Source: Methanoregula sp. (GTDB lineage Archaea; Halobacteriota; Methanomicrobia; Methanomicrobiales; Methanospirillaceae). Taken from it: DNA of 64,000 nt. Under the pieces are notes generated by a model that did no database searches, had not been told where the DNA came from, and saw only the letters and a list, made by a program, of their open reading frames with translations. The position numbers were made by a program, and so were the translations under genes. Where the stretch lies: the NCBI GenBank assembly GCA_039698055.1, contig JBDKTL010000043.1:31606-95605 (forward strand), given 5' to 3'. Below, in pieces: positions 1-10,908 of this stretch. Numbering within the stretch: the stretch's first letter is position 1; the number at the start of each line of letters is the position of its first letter.

Positions 1-654
1 GCCATCCCTGCAACGGTACCGGTTCACAAGATTCAGCACCGGACGATTTTTAGTCAGTTCCTCCATCGCAGCCGTCGTGCTTAGGAGATCGTCCGGATGA
101 ACAAACTCAAGAGCGGATTTCCCGATAAGTTCCTGGAGCGGGTACCCTAAAAGCCGCTCCCATTCGGGGTTCAGCTGGACGAACAACCCTGCTGTCGTCA
201 TGATAGCGTAGAAATCCAGGGAGACGACAAAAAACATTTTCATCTCCTCTCTCTGCTCGCGCAGCGCCTGTTCTGTCGTTCGTTTTTCAACAGCCGTCCG
301 TATTTTTAAGGAAAGCTCGGCAAACTGCGCTTTGGGATCTCCGCCTTTCTGGAGGTAGAAGTCAGCACCATTCTCAAATGCTTCAATGGCAATTTCTTCG
401 CGCCCTTTCCCGGTAAAGATGATGAACGGGATGAGCTTGTCGGTCGACCGGACGAGTTTTAAAAATTCAATGCCATTTATCCCCGGCATCTGGTAATCGG
501 AGACAATTGCCTGGATTTGAGTGGATTTCATCCGGTCGAGTGCGTCAGATGCGGAGAGTGCCGTCGTCACCGAGAATTCCCCGGTCATCTCCAGGAACTG
601 TTTGCCGACATCGAGAAGTGAGGATTCATCGTCAACATAGAGAACAGGAATCAT
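1..654 (-). CDS. Response regulator receiver + PAS domain signalling protein (runs off the left window edge)
   Basis: Manual translation from ATG at 654: MIPVLYVDDE...IVSDYQMPGINGIEFL...FTGKGREE...GADFYLQKGGDP (REC), then a PAS-like segment (LNPEWERLLGYPLQELIGKSALEFVHPDD). Not in the ORF track because it is truncated. Confidence 0.9.
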   Translation of the reverse strand, partial: MIPVLYVDDESSLLDVGKQFLEMTGEFSVTTALSASDALDRMKSTQIQAIVSDYQMPGINGIEFLKLVRSTDKLIPFIIFTGKGREEIAIEAFENGADFYLQKGGDPKAQFAELSLKIRTAVEKRTTEQALREQREEMKMFFVVSLDFYAIMTTAGLFVQLNPEWERLLGYPLQELIGKSALEFVHPDDLLSTTAAMEELTKNRPVLNLVNRYRCRDG

Positions 655-668
655 CAGGTATCTCCGTT

Positions 669-2615
669 TTAGGGTATCACGGGTGAAACAAACCGGTATG
701 CCCCTTTGGGCACCATGATCTCAAACCGTGCGCCCTTTCCGGGCTCACCGTTCTCGGCGATGGTCATGCCGGAAAGGGTAAGGAATTCCCGGACAAAGAA
801 CAACCCGAATTTGCCCCCGCCGCCCACGACCCGGTCAAAAATGTGGGGTTTTTGTTCAGAGGGAATACCGACCCCGTCATCCTCGCAGATCAATACCATT
901 CCATCCGATGTTTCCTGGCACGAGAATGAGATGCGGGTAATTTTTTTGCCATGGTATATGGCATTGTGAATGAGGTTGTAAAACACCCGGTTGATGAGCG
1001 GATCGGAATAAATCTCAAGCCCGCGAAGATCGCTGTCCAGGACCACCGCATCCTTCTGGCTCATGAGCGCCAACTGTGCCCGGATTGTTTGTTGAAGCGG
1101 AACCCATTGGGACTGGTCAATTCCCATCTGCTGGTAATCCTTGGTATTTTTGATCAGGTTATGAATCGCTCCAAGAACCGCTTCCTCTTTTTTGATAAGG
1201 GCAAGCCGGTCCTGTTTGGTTACCGCGTCTTTTAAGAACCCGGCATATGCCCGGAGTCCGGTAACCTTGTTCTGGATATCCTGGTACGTCACATCGGTCA
1301 TAAGGGCAAGTTTCCGGTTCGCGAGATGGATTTTCTCCTCTGCCCGTTTGCGGTCGGTGATATCCCGGACAATGGCCCACATACCTTCAGCCTGGCCGGT
1401 AGTATCCCGGATCAGGGAAGTCCGCACCTCCACCGGAACAATGGTCCCGTCCTTTTTCCGGTATTCCTTCTCGTACACATCTGAATACCCGCGCGGCAGG
1501 GTTTGGGTTTCAATGACAAAATTTTCAAACGCCTGCCATTTTTCCGGGGTCAGGTCAAGGTACGTCAGCGCGGCCAGTTCCGTATCGGAATATCCCAGCA
1601 TCTCCTTAAACGAATGATTGCATTCCTGGATCCTGCCCGCCATATTGACCCGGACAAAAGCATCCATCATACTCTCGTACAGTTTCCGGTACCGGGTCCC
1701 GGACTGGCGAAGTTTTTTCTCAGCCTGTTTGCGTCCGGTGATATCCCGGAAGTACCACACCCTCCCGTAATATTTTCCAGATTCCCCCAGCATCGGGGCC
1801 GAAAACCGCTCCAGCACCCGCCCGTCTTTAGCGAAGATCTCCTCAAAACTCTTCTCGTCTTTATGATCGTAGAGGTGCCTGACCCGGAGAAGGAACGCAT
1901 CGGGATCGACGAGTTGTTCCCCGACGTGCTGCAGCAGGGGTTCATCAATATGGGATACAAGCAGGGTATCGGGAACACCCCACATCTCAATAAATTTCTG
2001 GTTATAACTGAGGATATTCCCGTTTTCATCCACGATGAGAATCCCATCAAGGGCGGTTTCCTGTTGCGTTGACAGGATGACATTTTTAAACCGCATCTCT
2101 TCTTCCACCCGCTTTCGTTCAGAGATTTCTCCCTCAAGTTCCCTCATTTTCTTTTCCAGTTTGTGGAACAATACTGCATTGTACAGCCGAAGTTCCTCCA
2201 TCTCTTCACCTTGAGATTTTACCGGGGAGCCGGGTGTTGTGTGTCGTGCTTTTTCCAGAACTTCGCGCACCGCCTGCACGAGGACTTCAGGCTTTTGTGG
2301 TTTAACCATGAACCGCTCTGCGCCAAGGCTGAGGGCAAACTGCTCATCCTTTGGGTCAGTATACGTCGCGGTATAGAATATGAAGGGAATCGTAGTGAGC
2401 CGCTCCTCTGCTTTCCACTTCCGGCAGAGCTCAAAACCGTCCATGACCGGCATAAGGATGTCGGCAATAATAAGGTCGGGTGGATTTTTCAATGCGGCAT
2501 CCAGAGCTTCGGCACCATTCCGGGCTAATATTACTTCAAACTGGTGCCCTTTCAGGATCGACTCCAGCAGGTACAGGTTCTGCGGGTTGTCGTCGGCGAT
2601 AAGAATTCTCGTCAT
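669..2615 (-). CDS. REC-PAS-PAS-histidine kinase-like protein (H-box His replaced by Gln)
   Basis: ILIADD..DILMPVMDG receiver, two PAS/PAC domains, HATPase boxes (NLIHNAI, EDDGVGIP, GARFEI). Start moved to MTRILIADD (ATG 2615, ATGA overlap with upstream stop). Confidence 0.9.
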   Translation of the reverse strand: MTRILIADDNPQNLYLLESILKGHQFEVILARNGAEALDAALKNPPDLIIADILMPVMDGFELCRKWKAEERLTTIPFIFYTATYTDPKDEQFALSLGAERFMVKPQKPEVLVQAVREVLEKARHTTPGSPVKSQGEEMEELRLYNAVLFHKLEKKMRELEGEISERKRVEEEMRFKNVILSTQQETALDGILIVDENGNILSYNQKFIEMWGVPDTLLVSHIDEPLLQHVGEQLVDPDAFLLRVRHLYDHKDEKSFEEIFAKDGRVLERFSAPMLGESGKYYGRVWYFRDITGRKQAEKKLRQSGTRYRKLYESMMDAFVRVNMAGRIQECNHSFKEMLGYSDTELAALTYLDLTPEKWQAFENFVIETQTLPRGYSDVYEKEYRKKDGTIVPVEVRTSLIRDTTGQAEGMWAIVRDITDRKRAEEKIHLANRKLALMTDVTYQDIQNKVTGLRAYAGFLKDAVTKQDRLALIKKEEAVLGAIHNLIKNTKDYQQMGIDQSQWVPLQQTIRAQLALMSQKDAVVLDSDLRGLEIYSDPLINRVFYNLIHNAIYHGKKITRISFSCQETSDGMVLICEDDGVGIPSEQKPHIFDRVVGGGGKFGLFFVREFLTLSGMTIAENGEPGKGARFEIMVPKGAYRFVSPVIP

Positions 2616-3004
2616 CCACTTCCATCCCCTGTTGTTTCGGGCGACAGGTAGTGCTCGATCTGCCCGGTAAATGTTTTCGGGTTGATGGGTTTTTCGATAT
2701 AACCGGTGCATCCTGCCGCAAGCGCTTTCTCGCGATCGCCTGCCATCGCGTAGGAGGTCAGGGCGACTATGGGAGTTGCAGCCAGTTCAGGGCGCGTACG
2801 AATTTCGCGGGCTGTCGCGTACCCGTCCATGACCGGAAGCTGGATATCGAGCAGGATAATACGGGGGAGGGTTGCAGCGGCAAGATCGATGCCTTCCTGT
2901 CCGTCCCGGGCCCTGATGACCTCGTAGCCTTTCGCACCAAGTATGAAGCTGACCAGGTAGAAGTTCTGGTCATTGTCTTCGATATACAGAATTTTTGTGT
3001 TCAT
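2612..3004 (-). CDS. Single-domain response regulator (DivK/CheY-like)
   Basis: [31 protein letters not shown] receiver motifs; 4-bp overlaps with both neighbours. Confidence 0.92.
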   Translation of the reverse strand: MNTKILYIEDNDQNFYLVSFILGAKGYEVIRARDGQEGIDLAAATLPRIILLDIQLPVMDGYATAREIRTRPELAATPIVALTSYAMAGDREKALAAGCTGYIEKPINPKTFTGQIEHYLSPETTGDGSG

Positions 3005-4914
3005 GGTATGCTCCCTTCAGCAGGCAGGATGACACTAAACGTGCTTCCTTTGCCCGGTTCACTTTCTACTCCTATAGTACCACCCATCAGACCCACGAGC
3101 TTGCGGGAGATGGAGAGCCCGAGCCCGGTACCGTCATGCTGCCGGGTCAACCCGTCATCTACCTGCCTGAATGGTCTGAACAGCTTATCCAGATCCATCT
3201 TGTTAATCCCGATACCCGTATCAATTACCCGAATCACTACCTTCTCCCCTTGCTGCAAGCACTCGATCCTGACGCGTCCCTTATCGGTAAACTTGATCGC
3301 GTTGCTCATAAGGTTAAGAACGATCTGTTCGACGCGCCGGGAATCGCCCCGGATCATTCCCACACCGGGGGCAATCTCCAGTTCAAGCGGGAGGTGTTTT
3401 TTATCGGCCAGCGGCTTCATGATCCGGACAACTTTTTCAAGCACGGACTCAACGTTTACCGGTTCATTTGCGATCTTGAGCTGCCCGGCCTCGATCTTCG
3501 AGAGGTCCAGCACATCGTTGATCAGGGAAAGCAGGTGTTCCGAGCTTTCGGACACCATGCCCAGTTGTTTTTTCTGTTCATCATTTAAGGGGCCTGCCAG
3601 TTCCTGGAGAAGAATGCCCGAGAACCCGATAATGGAGTTGAGCGGGGTGCGCAATTCGTGCGACATGGTGGCCAGGAATGCCGACTTGAGCTGGTCGGCA
3701 GACTCGGCAGCTTCTTTTGCCGTGGCCAGTTCCCGGGTGCGGTGGGCAACAATCTCTTCGAGATGGTCGCGATAGGCTTCAAGCTCGGCAAGCGCATTAT
3801 TCCGCTCCTGTTTTTCGGTCTGTATCTTTTCAACCATCGCCTTGAACGAAGAGGCAAGGCTCCCGATCTCACCTGCTCCCCCGGTACTGATCTCCTGGTC
3901 GAGGTTGCCGGTCTCTGCAATCTTCCTGCTAACTTCCGTCAGGCGGGAAAGCGGCCGGATCACGGTGCGATTGAGGACGATAAGGGTAAAGCCACTGAGC
4001 AGGACAAGGGCGAGCAGAACAAACAGCAGGATCCGCTGGATGGATTCGTTGAATCGCTGTTCGATGGTACTGAAGGGAACAAACGTGCCAATCTTCCAGC
4101 CAAGTTCCGGGGAGGTGTAATACATCAGGTACGTCCCGTTAAGAACCAGCACGCCTTCCTTTGTTGCAAGAAACACGGGGGTCCGGTCACCAAGGATATC
4201 GCTGATGTTGCCAAAGAGGCGGGAGGAATCGCCGGTCGCAAGGATCGTGCCCTTCTGGTCTGTGAGGATCATCTCCCCGCCGTTGATGCTCCCGACCGTG
4301 GAGATGTAACTGGTCAGATTGACAAGGGTGATATCGGCGCCCACGACCCCAATCATTGTCCCGTTCTGGTCAAGAAGGGGGGTGACGATCCCGATGTTCA
4401 CATCCGGTGTCGTGACCGCCCGGTACGGGTCTGTCACGGTCACCTGCCCCGGGTGTTCTTTTGCGAGGATGTACCATGGGCGCTCACGGGGATCGTATGC
4501 CGTAGGCAGCCGGGGATACGATCGGACAAATGCCCCGTTTTCCCGGCCCATGTACACCGAACTGACGTATGGGTGCGAGGTCTGGTAATCCCGGAGGATA
4601 TTGATAATCGCCTGTTCCTTATCGCCAACAGAAGGGTTGAAATTCCCTCCAGAGGCATTCAGGAAATTCGTAAAACTGGCATCGTCCCTTGTCTGGATAT
4701 TATCGTTAAGCGACAGGGCAAGGACATCGTATTTTGCTTCCCCGATAAAATTGGAGAGGGCAAAATCGATGTGCCTGAGCTGGTTGATGGAATCCCTAGA
4801 GATGGTATCAAGGTTTTGCTGCTGGAGGGTTGTCGGGAGCACACCCCCGATAAGGACCAGTACCAGTACGGCAATGAGCAGGTAGATCAGCAGGACCCTT
4901 GACTGGAGTTTCAT
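3001..4914 (-). CDS. Membrane sensor histidine kinase (Cache-HAMP-HisKA-HATPase)
   Basis: Two TM helices around a Cache domain (YDPRERPWY), HAMP, intact H-box [11 protein letters not shown] box [11 protein letters not shown] boxes DTGIGI and GTGLGL. Confidence 0.93.
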   Translation of the reverse strand: MKLQSRVLLIYLLIAVLVLVLIGGVLPTTLQQQNLDTISRDSINQLRHIDFALSNFIGEAKYDVLALSLNDNIQTRDDASFTNFLNASGGNFNPSVGDKEQAIINILRDYQTSHPYVSSVYMGRENGAFVRSYPRLPTAYDPRERPWYILAKEHPGQVTVTDPYRAVTTPDVNIGIVTPLLDQNGTMIGVVGADITLVNLTSYISTVGSINGGEMILTDQKGTILATGDSSRLFGNISDILGDRTPVFLATKEGVLVLNGTYLMYYTSPELGWKIGTFVPFSTIEQRFNESIQRILLFVLLALVLLSGFTLIVLNRTVIRPLSRLTEVSRKIAETGNLDQEISTGGAGEIGSLASSFKAMVEKIQTEKQERNNALAELEAYRDHLEEIVAHRTRELATAKEAAESADQLKSAFLATMSHELRTPLNSIIGFSGILLQELAGPLNDEQKKQLGMVSESSEHLLSLINDVLDLSKIEAGQLKIANEPVNVESVLEKVVRIMKPLADKKHLPLELEIAPGVGMIRGDSRRVEQIVLNLMSNAIKFTDKGRVRIECLQQGEKVVIRVIDTGIGINKMDLDKLFRPFRQVDDGLTRQHDGTGLGLSISRKLVGLMGGTIGVESEPGKGSTFSVILPAEGSIP

Positions 4915-5353
4915 CAGTATGCGGTCATTGGTATTGAATGAATTTAATAATATGCGTATTTTTTAAATGGGGTTCAATATTCGGTTGGAATGGCATTGGT
5001 TATCCCGGAGAACGGGAAGATACATGCCCGTAAAGCCCGGGCCAAATACTATACAAACGAAGGGAAGGATACGAGGGCTATCATAAGGCACGGTGCCATT
5101 ATGCCCGCACCGCTGAATTGCGGGCGATGGAAACCAGAAAACGGGTGAATCATCGGAAAATATCGTGAGAAATCCTGGATATCGGGACCCGGTGGAGAAA
5201 CTGGCACAAAAAAAGAGGTTTGTCGACCACGTCTATCCTAGTGGCTGTATTGCTGCTGACATGGATTGTTGATCTTTGATAAATGCCGTCAGGTTTTGTG
5301 GAAATGGTTACAGGAATGAGGTGTAAGCCATGAACGGGGAGGGAGGTCATCCC

Positions 5354-8300
5354 TTATTTCCCATCGGTAAAACGGTACGCTCCTTTGGGCAGCGTGATCT
5401 CAAACCGGGCGCCTTTGCCCGGCTCACCATTTTCGGTGATGGCCATGCCGGAAAGGGTAAGGAATTCCCGGGCAAAGAACAACCCGAATTTGCCCCCGCC
5501 GCCCACGACCCGGTCAAAAATGTGGGGTTTTTGTTCAGCGGGAATACCGATCCCGTCATCCTCGCAGACCACAACCAGTCCCTCAGGGGTTTCCTGCCAG
5601 CCAAAGGAGACCCGGGTAATTTTTTTTCCATGGTGCAGGGCATTATGGATAAGGTTGTAAAACACCCGCTCGATGAGCGGATCGGCGTAGATCTCAAGCC
5701 CGTTCACGTCATTATGCACAACCACATTATCCTTCTGGCTCATGAGCGACCACTGGACCCGGATGATCTGTTCAAGCAGCATCCAGCGGGATTGATCAAT
5801 TCCCATCTGCTGGTAATCCTTGGTATTTTTTATCAGGCGCTGGATCGTGGCCAGTACCTTGTCCTCTTTAGTGATGAGGGAAAGCCGGTCCTGTTCATTT
5901 GCCGCTTCATTCATGAGCCCGGCATAGGCCCGGAGTCCGGTGACCTTATTCTGGATATCCTGGTACGTGATATCGGTCATAAGGGCAAGTTTCCGGTTCG
6001 TGAGCCGGGTCCTTTCTTCATCCTTTTTACGTTCGGTAATATCTTCGGAAATTCCCAGTAAATATTTTGGTTTCCCCTCTTCATCCACGAGGGGAATTTT
6101 CTTGGTATGGAGGATTCTTTCCCCTAAGGAACGGGTATATACTTTATCCTCGGGAATATCCACCAGTTGATTCCTGATAAGGACCTCCCGGTCCTTTTCG
6201 GTAAAAGACTCAGCCTCGGTTTTCGGGAAGAAGTCATAGTCATTTTTCCCCACCATATCTTCCCGTGAATAGCCGAGAAGATTTTCACCCGCTGTATTCA
6301 GCCGCACATAGCGAAGGTCCGCTGCATCCTTTACGAAGATCATGTCAGGGATGTGTTCGACAATATTGTCGAGGAACTGTTCGCTCTGCCGGAGTGCGGA
6401 TTCTGCCCGTTTGGCAGCAGTCACATCCCGGATCGTATGGACAAAGCCGGTGAGTTGTTCCTGTTCGCCAAAAATGGGATCGACCGTTACATCGAACCAT
6501 TTGTCACCGGTATTGAATACCATCTCTTCCCGGTGGTGGGACTGTTTCAGCCGCATAATCGGGCAATCGGGTATGGCTGTCGTTGTTCCATGGACGATCT
6601 CCCAGCATTGCCTGCCGATGAGTTCATCTTCAGATCTCAGGTTGAAAAGATCCAGCATTGCCTGGTTACACTGGACAATCTTCTGGTCGGCACCAAGCAG
6701 GCAGATAGCATCGTTTGTTGCTCCAAAGGTCGTCTTCCACTGAATGAGCGCATCCCTCAATGCCACTTCCACGGCTTTGCGTTCGGTGATATCCTGGATG
6801 ACACCGATAATCTTTACTACGGCACCGGAATCATCGTCAATGACCCGCCCGGTCCCGTAGATTGTGCGGATTGTTCCATCCGGGCGGATGAGCCGGTACT
6901 CTTCCGGCGGGTAATAGTGAGCGGTTATTGCCCCGGCGAGGACCTGGTCATGCAGATCCAGGTCATCGGGATGGATTCGCTCCCGGATTTTTTCCAGTTT
7001 AAGATCGAACTGCCCGGGTTCATAGCCAAAGATCCGGTAGGTCTCATCCGACCAGGTAATGACATTCCCGACAAGGTCGTACTGCCAGCTCCCGACATGA
7101 GCAATTGACTGTGCCTGGGACAGATCTTCATTCATTTCCCTGATGAGAAGTTCTTCCTGTTTCCGTTGGGTGATGTCAAGAGTAACACCCCGCATGCGAA
7201 CCGCTTTGCCGGATTCGTCATAATCGCCCCGCCCGATCGCGGATATCCAACGAACCGTTTTATCAGGCCAGACAGCGCGGTATTCGGTATTATAATCGGT
7301 CTGTTCCTCCAGTGCCTGACGAACGGCACAATCGGTCTGTTCCCGGTCGCCGGGATGCAGCGCGGACAGGAAAATTTCATACGTTATGGGCTCGCCCGGG
7401 GGCAGGCCGAACATGGTTTTACCTTCACCAGACATTGTCAGCTCTCCCGATTCCAGGTCCCAGTCCCATGTTCCCAGCCGGCTCGCGATGATGGCAAGCC
7501 GGAGTTGTGCCTCGCTCTTTTTGAGGGCAGTCTCAACGGTTCGTCTTTTTTGGTTGGCACTGTCGATGGCAGTACCAACAGTCGCGGATGCTCTCCCGAC
7601 AACGTAGGTCGTGATGATAGTGATTGTCACGAGAAATAGCGCCATAGTTAACGCTGTATTCAATTTATAAACCGGGAACAACGTCACCGTCAGGAAATTT
7701 TCAACGAAGATGAGGATGATTACGAGGGGCACAAACGTCCGCAGGAGATGGGATTTTGTCGAATTTCCCATAAACCAGGCAAGAGGGAAAGATTTTGGAC
7801 CGGCCGTGGAAATCAGTCCCGCACCGAGGAGGAGCAATGCAATCGTGGATGCCGGGGCAATGGGAAGAATCGGGGTTCCATACAGGAAGGGGATGCCATA
7901 GATATAGCTCAGCAGGAAGGTAATACTGATGAGAAAAACAAACAGGCCAAGGATGCCGGCTGCATTTTTCATGCGCTGTACCTGGTCCCGTGACCCGGTA
8001 ACGTACACAAGGAAAAACATCGCAAACGATGTGGGGATAATAAGTCCCGCAGCAACCGGGGATATGGGGGTGGTGGGATTTGCAAGGATGACATTCCCGA
8101 TCTGGTACATCCATACCTCAGCCGCGAAGTGTTGTCCCAGCACTTCGAGGGGAAATTCAATGAGCGAGAAGATGGCAATGACAGCAATCACGGCGAGGAT
8201 GCATGACCGTAGTACGCCACGGAACGGTTTTTTCGCGTGGAATGCAAGGATCAGGCCAAAGAGGATCCATATTATTGCAGCGGAAAATGCAATGGTCTTA

Positions 8301-8482
8301 TACCCCGGATACAAAAAAGCATACACCGGAAGGTTTACGTGTATGCTGGCAAGTTCCAGGATGCTGATAAGCACCGCACCGATCCCAAAGATCGCCGCCA
8401 GTTGCTGACAGGCAGGATCGCTGATCACGGTCCCGCCGTTTTCCGGCATATCGTGAGCACGCATTTCAGGCATGACGGTCAT
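5354..8482 (-). CDS. Multi-TM, multi-PAS histidine kinase-like protein (H-box His replaced by Gln)
   Basis: N-terminal hydrophobic helices, four PAS/PAC repeats, C-terminal kinase module paralogous to 669..2615. Exact start uncertain. Confidence 0.88.
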   Translation of the reverse strand: MTVMPEMRAHDMPENGGTVISDPACQQLAAIFGIGAVLISILELASIHVNLPVYAFLYPGYKTIAFSAAIIWILFGLILAFHAKKPFRGVLRSCILAVIAVIAIFSLIEFPLEVLGQHFAAEVWMYQIGNVILANPTTPISPVAAGLIIPTSFAMFFLVYVTGSRDQVQRMKNAAGILGLFVFLISITFLLSYIYGIPFLYGTPILPIAPASTIALLLLGAGLISTAGPKSFPLAWFMGNSTKSHLLRTFVPLVIILIFVENFLTVTLFPVYKLNTALTMALFLVTITIITTYVVGRASATVGTAIDSANQKRRTVETALKKSEAQLRLAIIASRLGTWDWDLESGELTMSGEGKTMFGLPPGEPITYEIFLSALHPGDREQTDCAVRQALEEQTDYNTEYRAVWPDKTVRWISAIGRGDYDESGKAVRMRGVTLDITQRKQEELLIREMNEDLSQAQSIAHVGSWQYDLVGNVITWSDETYRIFGYEPGQFDLKLEKIRERIHPDDLDLHDQVLAGAITAHYYPPEEYRLIRPDGTIRTIYGTGRVIDDDSGAVVKIIGVIQDITERKAVEVALRDALIQWKTTFGATNDAICLLGADQKIVQCNQAMLDLFNLRSEDELIGRQCWEIVHGTTTAIPDCPIMRLKQSHHREEMVFNTGDKWFDVTVDPIFGEQEQLTGFVHTIRDVTAAKRAESALRQSEQFLDNIVEHIPDMIFVKDAADLRYVRLNTAGENLLGYSREDMVGKNDYDFFPKTEAESFTEKDREVLIRNQLVDIPEDKVYTRSLGERILHTKKIPLVDEEGKPKYLLGISEDITERKKDEERTRLTNRKLALMTDITYQDIQNKVTGLRAYAGLMNEAANEQDRLSLITKEDKVLATIQRLIKNTKDYQQMGIDQSRWMLLEQIIRVQWSLMSQKDNVVVHNDVNGLEIYADPLIERVFYNLIHNALHHGKKITRVSFGWQETPEGLVVVCEDDGIGIPAEQKPHIFDRVVGGGGKFGLFFAREFLTLSGMAITENGEPGKGARFEITLPKGAYRFTDGK

Positions 8483-9009
8483 CCTCCGTGACGTTAATTT
8501 TTATTGGTTTTCCTGAACCGCTGGTTTCTCTCCCAAAGATAATCGCCGGCGCCGAAAAGCCGGAAAAAATATCCGGCATCACCTGGGTTTTAGGGCAGCT
8601 GCGGGTGATCGAAGCGGACAGTGCGGGAATCGCTTCACATTTGTTTTTCGGCTGAGGGAACATTGTGCCGACACCAGGGAGTTCCTGTCCGGCGTCGGGT
8701 AGGGATATCGTATCGATCAACTTCACGGAATTCGTGGTATTCCAACGACAAATTTACTTCAGGTTACTTATAGGTTTCTCCCGGCTGTTCCGGGGCATGA
8801 AGATAGCAATCGATGTACTGGTACCGGTGATAAAAAATGCCGTCGCGTCTTTATCCGGGGATGACGGGGACTTTTCCGGCAGAGGTTATGCGTTACTTTT
8901 TCCATATGAGGCAGAGAAAAGGTATGCGCGAACCCGCACGTACAGGGTAAACGGGGCAGAATAAGGTTTAAAACGGGGATATGCCTGTTTTGCGGGGCGA
9001 TAAAAAAAA

Positions 9010-10287
9010 TCACCCGACCGGGTTTTCTACCCGGCCCATGAAAAGAATAGTTCCCTGTTCGTTGTCCCTGATGAGGAAGATGAAGGGGTGATCTGCCAAA
9101 AATACCGGGATGGGATCTTCTGAGGAGGGAGCACCTTTCCCCAGCATCACAACAGCGGTCGCTGCGGAAGCCTCGGTGCCTTCTTCATCCACATCCACGT
9201 ACGCCTGGTGAATAATTTTTTCGATATAGAGATATTGCGTTCCATCCATACCGGAGAAATCCGCATCACCGCCAAATGCGGTACGCATCCCCAGCTCCTC
9301 AAATGTCGGGCGCAGCGAGTATTTTGTTTCAAGGGTAAACTTCGGCAGGTAAACATTCACGCGCCGGGACACAGAGGAGTTTTGTAATGCCGAAAGATTG
9401 TGGGGTTCAAGATACGTCTCTGCCGCTGCAAGGTCATCGTTTGTGGGGAGCAGGATAAGCATGGACAGCCCGGACCCGTTTTCCTGTTCGTAAGGTATGC
9501 TGAGAAGCTGGACATTCCCGGTCTGGGCGTACGGGTATATGGCATCCGCATAGGTTCTCTCCATCATAATGACCGGAACGCTTTTCCCGGAAGAGAGCCG
9601 GAAATCTGCTTCCCGGGTTTTATTCTTATCAAACTGCCGGGCCCACGTACCCTTGAAGTAAACAGCATTTGTTATTACCAGCCGGGTCAACGGGGTAATT
9701 GACCCTGCGGGCAGCAAATCCTGAATGGTATCGTGGGTTTTTTCTCCCACCCACTGGTTGATGGTGGTCCGCGAAGCATCCGGTTCATTGATGAAATCAA
9801 GGTTCGTTGTGTTAGCGGAATAATAGGTCCGGGCTGTACTGATATATCCGGGAAGAAACGGGTACGACTTTTCTGCAAAGAGTGCGTTTGCCGTAAGCAG
9901 GGTAAAGTTGGCATTTTCACGGTTTGTGTCCGCATTGAGCGTAAAGTATCCCTGCCTGAGAAGGGAGGTATTCCCCGGGAAGTGGAAAACGGACCGGATT
10001 TCATCTGCGGTACTCCCCCGGGCACCCTCGTACGCTACCGCAAGTGCTGACGATAGGGAGAACGGCGACAGGAAGATATTGGCTCCCGCATACGCCTTAT
10101 CATGCGCCATCTGTGAATACAGGTCGTATGCGAACCGGTTGTTTGCTTCAACGACGCCGGTTCCGCTGTCAGAAGAGGGACTGTCAGCAGGTAGTTGTGC
10201 CGGTATCGTCCCGGTACATCCTGCAAGAACCACGCCGATAACGACCAGTGCCGCAAGGGCACCTATGGCAATTGTTTTTGCTGCCAT
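9010..10287 (-). CDS. Serpin (serine protease inhibitor), predicted lipoprotein
   Basis: NIFLSPFSLSSAL, NAVYFKGTW, hinge EEGTEASAATAV, FLADHPFIFLI..ILFMGRVENP; signal peptide ending LAGC. Start set at MAAKTIAIG. Confidence 0.93.
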   Translation of the reverse strand: MAAKTIAIGALAALVVIGVVLAGCTGTIPAQLPADSPSSDSGTGVVEANNRFAYDLYSQMAHDKAYAGANIFLSPFSLSSALAVAYEGARGSTADEIRSVFHFPGNTSLLRQGYFTLNADTNRENANFTLLTANALFAEKSYPFLPGYISTARTYYSANTTNLDFINEPDASRTTINQWVGEKTHDTIQDLLPAGSITPLTRLVITNAVYFKGTWARQFDKNKTREADFRLSSGKSVPVIMMERTYADAIYPYAQTGNVQLLSIPYEQENGSGLSMLILLPTNDDLAAAETYLEPHNLSALQNSSVSRRVNVYLPKFTLETKYSLRPTFEELGMRTAFGGDADFSGMDGTQYLYIEKIIHQAYVDVDEEGTEASAATAVVMLGKGAPSSEDPIPVFLADHPFIFLIRDNEQGTILFMGRVENPVG

Positions 10288-10695
10288 GGCTGAACCTTTG
10301 CCCGCAGGCAGGTTAAATCTGGCGTTAGGTGCGGTTTTTTTCACAGTTATTGCGCGATGATCGGGTTCACGCGTTTTTCATGGAATATATTTTTTTAACC
10401 AGGCATTATCCTCACCACCCTGATAATCAGGACATTTCCCGATCATTAACAAGATTAAATGGTCTATTTCGCTTAATCCGGGAAAAACCATCTTACCTCA
10501 TGGGGAAGCTCTCCCCCTGTATACCGTGAACGATGGCGGAGAACGAAAACGAAAGGGGGAATAACCTGTTTGAATGCACACAAAGACTCAAAAGGGAAAT
10601 CGGGTGCGGGCTCGCTATCGCAAGTCTTCCTTGCCGCGATGGGTGCTATGCTTATGGTTTCAGGATTATAAAAAAAGAAAAAAGTAGGAGTGCAT

Positions 10696-10908
10696 ATGTC
10701 CAGAAAGACTGCCGCGACAGCCCCGTTTACCTGCCCCAAATGCGACCATACTGAGGAAAAATTCCAGAATACCTGTCCTGCATGCGGGCGTCCCTACGTC
10801 CGCGATTACATCGATACCCAGATGCATCCCCGGGATCCTAACCCCCGGGAATTATTATTGGATCGCTCGTGTGCAACGTTTATTATCGCGAGGGAGTGGG
10901 TGCAATGA
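10696..10908 (+). CDS. Small zinc-ribbon protein
   Basis: CPKC...CPAC; AGGAG RBS just upstream; stop overlaps next start (ATGA). Confidence 0.55.
   Translation: MSRKTAATAPFTCPKCDHTEEKFQNTCPACGRPYVRDYIDTQMHPRDPNPRELLLDRSCATFIIAREWVQ

Noticed and set aside
2651-4902. Long plus-strand ORFs (374 aa, 414 aa) and similar antisense ORFs elsewhere
   Set aside because: They are shadows of well-supported opposite-strand genes in GC-rich DNA and show no motifs.
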